The position numbers and the translations under genes are program-made. Below the pieces are notes generated by a model. That model was given only the letters and a program-made list of their open reading frames with translations. It searched no databases and had not been told where the DNA came from. Below, in pieces: positions 7,453 to 13,895 of a DNA stretch of 13,895 nucleotides. Origin of the DNA: Terrimicrobiaceae bacterium. GTDB taxonomy: Bacteria; Verrucomicrobiota; Verrucomicrobiia; Chthoniobacterales; Terrimicrobiaceae. The DNA is taken from assembly GCA_044342325.1 (NCBI GenBank), contig JBIIPZ010000058.1:1-13895 (forward strand), written 5' to 3'. Every line of letters begins with the position of its first letter. Within the stretch, counting starts at the first letter, position 1.

Positions 7453-7929
7453 TTACTGGTCTAGCCAGGCTCGAAGGCGGGTAGCGATGGGGTTGTCGGG
7501 ATTCAGCAATTCGGGCTTGGGGGTTCGCAGGGCTGAAACTAGGTGCACGACCCACCAAACGAGCAGGAGGAGAATCAAGGCGGGCCAGAGTTTTAAAAAA
7601 GGCTTCGAGAGCGAGTGCCAGTCGGCGAAAGGACAGCCGCGTGTGATCTCTAGCGCGCTTGTGAATGCGAGGAGCAGGATTAAGGCAATGAGCGGAATAG
7701 AAAGGGCATTCAGGTAAAGTGAATAGGCGAAGTCCCCACGAAGAGCGGCGCAGGCGGAGCGTGTGCCTCCGCAGAAAAGGCAGGGAAGGCCAGTGAGGCT
7801 TTTGAACCCGCAAGGCAGTGCGGGAAGTGATGGATTCAGGCTTTTGAGAAGCGAAAGGGAAAGGACCAGAGCGGAGACGGCGATGATTCCAAGTCGAACC
7901 AAACGCTGGCGCGGCGTCAGCGGAGGCAT
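7453..7929 (-). CDS. DUF2752 domain membrane protein (158 aa)
   Basis: Signature CGFKSLTGLPCLFCGGTRS...LRGDFAYSLYLN (family pattern CxFxxxTGxPCPxCGxTR), plus three hydrophobic TM segments. Confidence 0.85.
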   Translation of the reverse strand: MPPLTPRQRLVRLGIIAVSALVLSLSLLKSLNPSLPALPCGFKSLTGLPCLFCGGTRSACAALRGDFAYSLYLNALSIPLIALILLLAFTSALEITRGCPFADWHSLSKPFLKLWPALILLLLVWWVVHLVSALRTPKPELLNPDNPIATRLRAWLDQ

Positions 7930-7931
7930 AG

Positions 7932-8636
7932 TTAATCGCCCTCTTCAGCAGAATCCGCCTCATCACGCTCGTTGGAGGCTGAGGGTATCACCAGCGTGAT
8001 CTCGCCTTTGGGCGGATGTTTTTCAAAGTGGGCGATGAGGGCGGATGGTGTCTCGCGGCGGTATTCTTCGAAGGTTTTTGTGAGTTCGCGCGCGACACAA
8101 ACGGTGCGCTTGGGACAGATCGCATCGAGGGCGGCGAGGGTTTTGAGAATGCGATGGGGAGATTCGAAGTAGATGCTTGTCTCGCCTCTCGCAGCTGCGG
8201 CGGTGAGTTCGTTGGCGCGGCGACCGCTTTTAACTGGCAGGAATCCGCCGAAGAAAAAACGGTCGCATGGAAAGCCTGAACCGACGAGCGCAGTGAGGAC
8301 GGCCGACGGCCCTGGAAGCACACTGACTGGCAATCCCCGGTCGATGCAGGTGCGGATGAGGCGGTAGCCTGGATCGGAAATGCCGGGCATGCCGGCATCC
8401 GTAATGAGGGCGACATGAGTGCCCTCAGCTATGCGGTTGGCCACATCTTCACAGCGGAAGAACTCGTTGTGCCCATGCAGGCTGAGGAAGGGCTTCTTGA
8501 TACCGAGGTGTTGGAGGAGAAGCCCACTGTGGCGGGTGTCCTCAGCAGCAATCAGGTCGGCAGCCTTCAGAACCTCAACGGCCCGCAGGGTGATATCCTG
8601 ACGGTTTCCGATGGGTGTGGGAACAACGCTTAGCAC
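7932..8636 (-). CDS. rsmI: 16S rRNA (cytidine1402-2'-O)-methyltransferase
   Basis: GTG start; VVPTPIGNRQDITLRA, AAEDTRHS, LITDAGMPGISDPG, LPGPSA, GFLP, FESPHR, VARELTKTFEE and KGEITLV. Confidence 0.95.
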   Translation of the reverse strand: MLSVVPTPIGNRQDITLRAVEVLKAADLIAAEDTRHSGLLLQHLGIKKPFLSLHGHNEFFRCEDVANRIAEGTHVALITDAGMPGISDPGYRLIRTCIDRGLPVSVLPGPSAVLTALVGSGFPCDRFFFGGFLPVKSGRRANELTAAAARGETSIYFESPHRILKTLAALDAICPKRTVCVARELTKTFEEYRRETPSALIAHFEKHPPKGEITLVIPSASNERDEADSAEEGD

Positions 8637-8651
8637 AGCGGGCGGCCGGTT

Positions 8652-9158
8652 TTACCAACCCTCGGTGATCTGGCTGGCAAGGTTATTCGCAAGATCGGCG
8701 GCAGCGTTGGAGAGGGCTTGGCGCTCGATCGTTTGCAGATCATTGCCACTGAAGAACGAGGTCCTGCCAATGGCGGTTCCACTCATGAGAGTGGCGCCAG
8801 TGCTTTGATCGATGACATCGTAGCGGACATGCACGATCAGGCCAAATTCACTCGTTGCAAGAACATTGCTTTGGACCGAGCGGAGGGCGTTGCGGTCGAT
8901 CTTGGTGATGGTGCAGTTCAGTATGGCATCCGCCTGATCCGAATTAACGATGTGGTAGCTTCCGTCCTGCTGGAGGCGCTTCACAAGCGTGTCGGCGAAC
9001 ATAACCTCTATGCGGGATTCGTAGGTGTTGTTTTTAAAAGTCGGAACAGACAAATCGCGCACCGATCGCATGGGCGTGGGGCGGATCTCACCCAACTTGT
9101 AACCGCATCCGGTGAGCATGAGGGCGGCAGCGAGGAGTGCAGCGAGCGGAGTCTTCAT
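8652..9158 (-). CDS. lptE: LPS assembly lipoprotein LptE family
   Basis: 168 aa. Lipobox LMLTG-C followed by GYKLG, then VPTFKNNT, ADAILNCTI and a C-terminal helix ending in W. 4-nt overlap with the upstream bamD-like gene. Confidence 0.82.
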   Translation of the reverse strand: MKTPLAALLAAALMLTGCGYKLGEIRPTPMRSVRDLSVPTFKNNTYESRIEVMFADTLVKRLQQDGSYHIVNSDQADAILNCTITKIDRNALRSVQSNVLATSEFGLIVHVRYDVIDQSTGATLMSGTAIGRTSFFSGNDLQTIERQALSNAAADLANNLASQITEGW

Positions 9159-10345
9159 GGATTAGGCAAAGCGGGTTCGACTGCGGGCATCGGAGCGACA
9201 TCCCTCGAATCGGTGCGGAGCTTGGGACTGCTCACAACCGGCAACTCGTCGGCGACGATGTCCTGACGCGGCGGGCCGTTGAAATCAGCGAGGGATGAGG
9301 TTTCCACCTGGGCTTGGAGCCTGCGGCGGAGAGCAGCGGTCTCACCGGTTTGAGCCTGCTCGGGGCCTGTGCGAAGAGCTTCGTCGCCCGCTTCACTGCG
9401 GATTTCCTGCACACGGTCGCGAGCTGCCACGGCATCCGCAGAATCCGGTGCGCGGCGGATGATGTCGTTGTAGTAGATGGCGGCGGCGCGATAGTTTTTG
9501 AAGCGATCGTAAAACTTGGCGATGGTCATGAGGTCGTCGGATTCTTTAGCTCCGAGGGTCACGACATTGTCCTTGGCCTGCGCGGCCTTTTCGCTGGTGG
9601 GATATTGAAGGAGGAAGTCCTCGAATGTGTTTTTTGCTGTGACAAGCGCGGAGAGATCCTGCGTTTTACCGGACTGGCCGAGCATCATGTAAATGTAGCC
9701 GATTTGATACATGGCATCATCGGCGATGGAGCTGTTGGGGTAGCGATCCAGAACGCCCTGATAGGCTTTGGCAGCTTCCTGCACGCGGTTTTGACGCTCG
9801 TAGGTCAGGCCCAAATTGAACTGAGCTATCGGAGCATTTTTGCTGTAGGGAGCATTTTGGATAATTGAGGCAAACATCTCCTCGGCGCGATCGGTGCCAG
9901 AGAGGAAAGCCAGCCCGAGAAATTTCACTTTTTTTCCCGCAAGATATTCGTTGGCGATGACCACCTGCCGATTCACAGAACGCTCGAAATCGGGCGTGTC
10001 GGGGTATTGGGTCACAAGTTTCTGATACGAGTTGAAGGCCTTTGTGCTATCGCCGAGCTCTTCATAAACCTCGGCAATGCGGAACTGGGCTTTCATGGCG
10101 AGCGGGGATGCGGGGTGGTTTTTAATGAAGCGACGATAGCCACTGAGCGCGGTGGATATAGATCCCTCCTGATCATAGGCTGCAGCCTCATCGAAATCCG
10201 CCTTCTCTTCCGGAGTGACATCCGAGTTGACCTGCTGCCGCTTGGGTGGCGGGGGAGGTTCGGTGGATTCAGGAGTCTGAGCTTCTGCCAGCGGGGAAAC
10301 AACCAGAAGAGCAGCGAGAGAAATCAGTAAATATCGAAACGGCAT
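9155..10345 (-). CDS. bamD: Outer-membrane protein assembly factor BamD/YfiO-like TPR protein (396 aa)
   Basis: Sec signal peptide and repeated TPR units (FIKNHPAS...AQFRIAE, LVTQYPDT, APYSKNAPIAQFNLG, LDRYPNSSIADDAMYQIG, FEDFLLQYPTS), plus the BamD-like C-terminal motif IAKFYDRFKNYRAAAIYYNDII. Confidence 0.78.
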   Translation of the reverse strand: MPFRYLLISLAALLVVSPLAEAQTPESTEPPPPPKRQQVNSDVTPEEKADFDEAAAYDQEGSISTALSGYRRFIKNHPASPLAMKAQFRIAEVYEELGDSTKAFNSYQKLVTQYPDTPDFERSVNRQVVIANEYLAGKKVKFLGLAFLSGTDRAEEMFASIIQNAPYSKNAPIAQFNLGLTYERQNRVQEAAKAYQGVLDRYPNSSIADDAMYQIGYIYMMLGQSGKTQDLSALVTAKNTFEDFLLQYPTSEKAAQAKDNVVTLGAKESDDLMTIAKFYDRFKNYRAAAIYYNDIIRRAPDSADAVAARDRVQEIRSEAGDEALRTGPEQAQTGETAALRRRLQAQVETSSLADFNGPPRQDIVADELPVVSSPKLRTDSRDVAPMPAVEPALPNP

Positions 10346-10357
10346 CGCGAGGCACGG

Positions 10358-10387
10358 AAGTTAAGGGAGCGAACTTCATGGCGTCAA
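10358..10387 (-). promoter_or_regulatory. Putative sigma70-type promoter of the bamD-lptE-rsmI-DUF2752 unit
   Basis: Minus strand: TTGACG (10387-10382), 18-nt spacer, TAACTT (10363-10358), then 12 nt to ATG 10345. Confidence 0.55.
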
Positions 10388-10418
10388 GATTTCCGGTTTT
10401 CCGGGGTCTCTCACCCAC

Positions 10419-10447
10419 TTGCAACAAAATGCTCCGAGTGGTAAAAA
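10419..10447 (+). promoter_or_regulatory. Putative sigma70-type promoter of the small secreted protein (leaderless geometry)
   Basis: TTGCAA (10419-10424), 17-nt spacer ending in an extended-10 TGn, TAAAAA (10442-10447), then 7 nt to ATG 10455. The -10 lacks the conserved last T. Confidence 0.45.
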
Positions 10448-10454
10448 AGTAATC

Positions 10455-10745
10455 ATGAAAGCACGTGTTTTATTTTCCATTTTGGTTCTGCCTGCAGCTC
10501 TGATGGCGCAGGATTTTGTGGCACCGCAAGGGCGCGAACGCGAGATCACAACGCAGGCACCCGAGTTGAAGCCTGAAATTGACGGGATTGTTAAGCAGAT
10601 TTTTGATGTCGAAAAACCTTGGCAACTTTTGAATCCCGCCGCGCCTGCGAGCTACGGAACTGGCGAGCAAAATGTCTCCAAGGATACCGTCGCGGGCACG
10701 CCGCACCATTCAGTTACTCTGACTATTGTGGGCGTGGAATGGTGA
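10455..10745 (+). CDS. Small secreted hypothetical protein (96 aa) with C-terminal Trp
   Basis: MKARVLFSILVLPAALMA/QD is a convincing Sec signal peptide. The ORF fills the gap between bamD and the convergent gene exactly. Motif PWQLLNPAAPASYGTG; ends VTLTIVGVEW. Confidence 0.8.
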   Translation: MKARVLFSILVLPAALMAQDFVAPQGREREITTQAPELKPEIDGIVKQIFDVEKPWQLLNPAAPASYGTGEQNVSKDTVAGTPHHSVTLTIVGVEW

Positions 10746-10748
10746 AAT

Positions 10749-11300
10749 TCACCACCAGATTAAAGCGGCCGACATAAGGGCGGCACCATAAAGGAGCCCG
10801 CCAAGTGCGGCCAAGTGCCAGATCTGTTTTTGGGAGGTCAGGATTTTTACAGCATCCCGCAGCAGGTATGGCATACCCACAAAAAACAGACCGGCGATAA
10901 TCCAAGCGTAGGCGAGGATGACCAAGAGCAAGCGGCTTTGTTCGGAGCGTAGCGCGCAGGATTCCAAAAGAGGCTCGGCTGCAAGGAGGAGCAACATGCC
11001 AAGGGCGCGGACGGCCAGAAACTCCTCCACATAAATCCAAGAAAGGATCGCTCCTGCGACGATGCCCACAAGCATCAAGTTGCGCAGCCGCGAGAACTCG
11101 CCGAGATCGATATCGCTCACCAACAGAAAACTCCAGACAGCTGCCATGAGCAGTAAGATGGCGCCGACGGGACGGGAGCGGGGAAATGCGCGAGCGAAAT
11201 CCATAGATGCCGTGGGCTTGAGGAGACCCAGCGCATGCGAGAGGACCAGAAGCAGGCCCACAGCGAGTCCAGTCGTTTGCAGTGAAAGTTGGTAGATCAT
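10749..11300 (-). CDS. Hypothetical multi-pass membrane protein (183 aa, about 6 TM)
   Basis: Six hydrophobic segments; motifs FPRSR, EEFLAVRALG and PYLLRD. ATGA overlap with the rnc stop at 11297-11300. Confidence 0.85.
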   Translation of the reverse strand: MIYQLSLQTTGLAVGLLLVLSHALGLLKPTASMDFARAFPRSRPVGAILLLMAAVWSFLLVSDIDLGEFSRLRNLMLVGIVAGAILSWIYVEEFLAVRALGMLLLLAAEPLLESCALRSEQSRLLLVILAYAWIIAGLFFVGMPYLLRDAVKILTSQKQIWHLAALGGLLYGAALMSAALIWW

Positions 11301-12019
11301 TTTCTTTTCTTTTTCTTAGCCGGAGCGTGTTTGGCAGTCTGTTCCCAGAGACGATCCGCAAGGGCAACCTGGGCGGCAGCGACTTGAGCCTCTTTTTTGC
11401 TGCAACCACATCCCCTACCCAATTCCAATCCATTCCAAAGAACACAACAGATGAAAACCTTGGAGTGCTCTGGGCCGGTCTGTGAGAGAATTTGATAGTC
11501 TGGAGCGGAGGGTTCTATGGCTTGGAGAATTTCCTGCAAGTAGCCCTTCGGATTGATCTCGTCTGGTTGATTGGCAATCTCGGTGAAGACCGAGTCCATT
11601 TGACGCAGGATGAAAATACGGGCGGCGTCAAATCCACCATCCAAGTAAATCGCTCCGACGAGGGATTCAAAGGCATCGGCCAATGTGGAAGCGCGCTCGC
11701 GGCCCCCGCTGGCCTCCTCGCCGCGTCCCATCATGATGAAACTGCCGAGATCAAGCGCCAGGGCGCGATCTCTGAGGGCTGGGCGGGATACGATGCGGGT
11801 TCGGAGCTTTGTCAGTTGCCCCTCACCAAAGTCAGGAAACATGCGGAAGAGGTGCTCTGTGACGGTAACCTGAATCACGGCATCACCAAGAAATTCCAAA
11901 CGCTGATTGTCGAAGGGGTAGTTTTTCCGCTCTAGCGAAATACTGGGATGGGTCAGCGCCTCAGCAAGGAGCAATCCATTGCGAAACTTGTAAATAATTC
12001 GCTCTTCCAGGGGATTCAT
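11297..12019 (-). CDS. rnc: Ribonuclease III
   Basis: ALTHPS, signature NQRLEFLGDAV, EGQLTKLR, LADAFESLVGAIYLDGG, and a dsRBD (NPKGYLQE...GPEHSKVF...SKKEAQVAAA). Start at MNPLEERI (12019) preferred; alternative ATG at 12049. Confidence 0.95.
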   Translation of the reverse strand: MNPLEERIIYKFRNGLLLAEALTHPSISLERKNYPFDNQRLEFLGDAVIQVTVTEHLFRMFPDFGEGQLTKLRTRIVSRPALRDRALALDLGSFIMMGRGEEASGGRERASTLADAFESLVGAIYLDGGFDAARIFILRQMDSVFTEIANQPDEINPKGYLQEILQAIEPSAPDYQILSQTGPEHSKVFICCVLWNGLELGRGCGCSKKEAQVAAAQVALADRLWEQTAKHAPAKKKKRK

Positions 12020-12097
12020 TACATGTGGCTTGGCGGGATTAATTGTCATGTGCCCAATGAAAACGGATGACTTGATGCATTTCGTAAAATTTAGACC

Positions 12098-12706
12098 TTA
12101 ATGAGAGTTAGACAAGTTTCGGGAACCGCGCTGAGGGACAGCCATGGTCAGCGTTGGAGGCAAGGGATTCGGAGTGATGAGAATTTTCGAATTCAGACCA
12201 ACTGTGTTGAAGAGTTCGATGACATCCTGGGATTTCATGCGAACACAACCATAGCTTACGGCCCTGCCGATATTGCGCTCCTCGGGCGTGCCATGAATGT
12301 AGATATAGCGGCGGTAGGAATTGCGATTTTTGTCATCAAGACCTTCCAACCAGAGAATGCGCGTAACGATGGGATCACGACCCGGCGCATTCACAGGGAG
12401 GACTTCGCCAGTGGGTTGGCGGCTTTTGAAAACCGATCCGGCAGGCAGACCATGGCCAATTTTTTCTTTTATGCGCAATACGCCGAGAGGCGTGGCGTAG
12501 GAACCGGGTCGGTCGCCAACGCCGAATTTGGAGGTGGACACAGGGTAAATCGAGAAGGGCTTGCCATCGCGGAGAACGAGCATTTTTTGATCTGCAACGC
12601 TCACGACCATTCGATGGCGATTATCGGTGACGCATCCGGCGAGCAGGATGGAAACAAACAGCAACGCAGCGTGAAAATGAACCCGAGAGACAGGTGACTT
12701 CGTCAT
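12098..12706 (-). CDS. L,D-transpeptidase (YkuD family), probable lipoprotein
   Basis: VVSVADQKM, YPVSTS, TPLG, and catalytic IYIHGT...SYGCVRM; lipobox LLAG-C in the signal region. Confidence 0.92.
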   Translation of the reverse strand: MTKSPVSRVHFHAALLFVSILLAGCVTDNRHRMVVSVADQKMLVLRDGKPFSIYPVSTSKFGVGDRPGSYATPLGVLRIKEKIGHGLPAGSVFKSRQPTGEVLPVNAPGRDPIVTRILWLEGLDDKNRNSYRRYIYIHGTPEERNIGRAVSYGCVRMKSQDVIELFNTVGLNSKILITPNPLPPTLTMAVPQRGSRNLSNSH

Positions 12707-12741
12707 GAAATAAAAAACCGATCAGTTAAAGACTTTGTAAA

Positions 12742-12780
12742 CCCATGAGAAGCGGAAATGAACCGAGCAGAACGCATGGG
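12742..12780 (-). terminator. Possible weak hairpin/terminator after trpF
   Basis: CCCATG (12742-12747) / CATGGG (12775-12780) inverted repeat with a 3-bp inner stem, followed by TTTAC on the minus strand. The stem is interrupted by large loops. Confidence 0.3.
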
Positions 12781-12782
12781 CG

Positions 12783-13451
12783 TCAAGGGGAATCTCCCGC
12801 TGCCTGCGATCCGAGAGCGGCAGCCTTGATAAATGCTTTCACTAAAACGGCGTCTTTCCGGCGCGGTTCAGACTCCACACCGCCGGCGACGTCGACGACT
12901 GCAGGTCTCACTGCTCGAATGGCTTCAGTGACATTTTCGGGCGTAAGTCCACCAGCCAAAAGAAACTTTCTTGCAGAATTCCGGCGAACAAAATCGCTGA
13001 GCAAGTTCCAATCAGCGACATGCCCAGTGCCGCCATAAGCCGCCGCCGACCAAGCATCCAGAAGCAGGTAAGGAGTGGAAAAAGCCAGCGCGGCATCGAG
13101 GGCGGAACTATCCTTCACTCGCACGGCTCGAATCCAATCCTTGGCACCGCAGTTCAAGCAGTCCGCAGGCAGTTCATCGCCGTGGAATTGAATAAACTCA
13201 AAACACCCCGAGTCGCGAACGCGCGCAAGCAAGTCGGCATCCGCATTCACGAGCACAGCAACGCGATCGACGGTCTTTTCCAAAGAGCGAATCCAATCGA
13301 AAGATTTCTCCGGCTCGATAAAACGCTTCGAGCCAGGGTAAAAATTGAAGCCTAGGGCAGTTACCCCAGCTTCGATACACATGGCGGCATCCGCATCGTT
13401 TGTGATACCGCAAATTTTAACGCCAACGCGCCCTGATTCAAAAAGCCTCAC
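12783..13451 (-). CDS. trpF: Phosphoribosylanthranilate isomerase
   Basis: VKICGITN, ALGFNFYPGSKR, IQFHGDE, LLLDA, YGGTGHVADW, LAGGLTPENV, VDVAGGVE and KD. The GTG start overlaps the upstream stop (GTGA). Confidence 0.95.
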   Translation of the reverse strand: MRLFESGRVGVKICGITNDADAAMCIEAGVTALGFNFYPGSKRFIEPEKSFDWIRSLEKTVDRVAVLVNADADLLARVRDSGCFEFIQFHGDELPADCLNCGAKDWIRAVRVKDSSALDAALAFSTPYLLLDAWSAAAYGGTGHVADWNLLSDFVRRNSARKFLLAGGLTPENVTEAIRAVRPAVVDVAGGVESEPRRKDAVLVKAFIKAAALGSQAAGDSP

Positions 13452-13858
13452 TTGATCAGACGGGCATCGGCTTTTTTGATGGAGGGGTGGTGAGTGATCG
13501 TGTGGATGCGGCCATCACTCGTGCGGAAAAATGAGCTGAGAATCCAACTGACAACACTGATAATGATCGCTCCGAAAAAGGCATTCCAAAAGCCGTCCAC
13601 TTGAAAAGAAGGTATCACTTGCGCCACAAAGAGTAAAAGCAGGGCATTCACGACAAATATAAATAGACCCATTGTTATGACAATGAATGGGATACTTAGC
13701 AAAAGCAGGAATGGCCTCACAAAGGCATTGATGATTCCGAGCAGGAGCGATGCTCCAAGCAAAGCCCCCAAACTGGAGCAACTGATGCCAGGAATAACCT
13801 TTTCGGCAGCGAAAACTGCCACTGTTATGACCATCCAGCGGATTAAGAAAGCACTCAC
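13448..13858 (-). CDS. YvlD/DUF360 'phage holin family' 4-TM membrane protein
   Basis: 136 aa, GTG start. Pattern IPGI...ALLGASLLLGIINAFVRPFLLLLSIPFIVITMGLFIFVVNALLL...FQVDGFWNAFFGAIIISVVSWIL. Confidence 0.9.
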   Translation of the reverse strand: MSAFLIRWMVITVAVFAAEKVIPGISCSSLGALLGASLLLGIINAFVRPFLLLLSIPFIVITMGLFIFVVNALLLLFVAQVIPSFQVDGFWNAFFGAIIISVVSWILSSFFRTSDGRIHTITHHPSIKKADARLIK

Positions 13859-13864
13859 AGGATT

Positions 13865-13892
13865 AACCTAATCGCTTTCGTTTTTTTTTGAA
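13865..13892 (-). promoter_or_regulatory. Putative promoter of the holin-like-trpF unit (leaderless geometry)
   Basis: Minus strand: TTCAAA (13892-13887), 16-nt spacer, TAGGTT (13870-13865), then 6 nt to GTG 13858. Confidence 0.4.
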
Positions 13893-13895
13893 GAT

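Noticed and set aside
8649..8680. Internal promoter for rsmI (TTGCCA...TAAAAC on the minus strand)
   Set aside because: The spacer is 20 nt and the -10 lacks the final T; too weak to call.
10723..11445. 240-aa minus-strand ORF overlapping rnc and the membrane protein
   Set aside because: Alternative frame over two better-supported genes, with Arg/Pro-rich non-protein-like composition.
13448..13858. Prophage lysis cassette or low-GC island
   Set aside because: No phage genes nearby; the lower GC fits Phe/Ile/Leu-rich membrane-protein codons.
1..13895. tRNA, rRNA, riboswitch or CRISPR array
   Set aside because: All intergenic gaps are under 200 bp and show no cloverleaf, known aptamer or spaced repeats by eye; an Infernal/Rfam scan would be needed to exclude small RNAs.

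Overview
This 13.9-kb window is densely coding bacterial chromosome. Gene content and order (non-lipidated BamD-like gene next to lptE, a solitary LptF/G permease, the conserved hypotheticals) suggest a PVC-superphylum organism, probably Verrucomicrobiota; this is an inference, not a search result. Minus-strand run at left: ispA, DUF4230-like, LptF/G permease, hypothetical, dusB (truncated at the window edge). Plus strand: an Rpn/PD-(D/E)XK nuclease-transposase gene that looks inserted, then purN and a Rep-like SF1A helicase. Converging on that from the right: bamD-like, lptE, rsmI, DUF2752. Then a small divergent secreted protein, followed by a minus-strand run of YvlD/holin-like, trpF, L,D-transpeptidase, rnc and a membrane protein. 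No rRNA, tRNA, CRISPR array or IS ends were recognised. Most notable: (1) a 96-aa exported protein with an OMP-like C-terminal Trp sharing a divergent promoter with bamD-lptE; (2) the lone Rpn gene, a possible toxin with intragenic antitoxin; (3) repeated sigma70-like promoters positioned to give leaderless or very short-leader mRNAs; (4) a sharp local GC-skew flip at a hairpin near 7.4 kb; (5) a Rep-like rather than UvrD/PcrA-like helicase.
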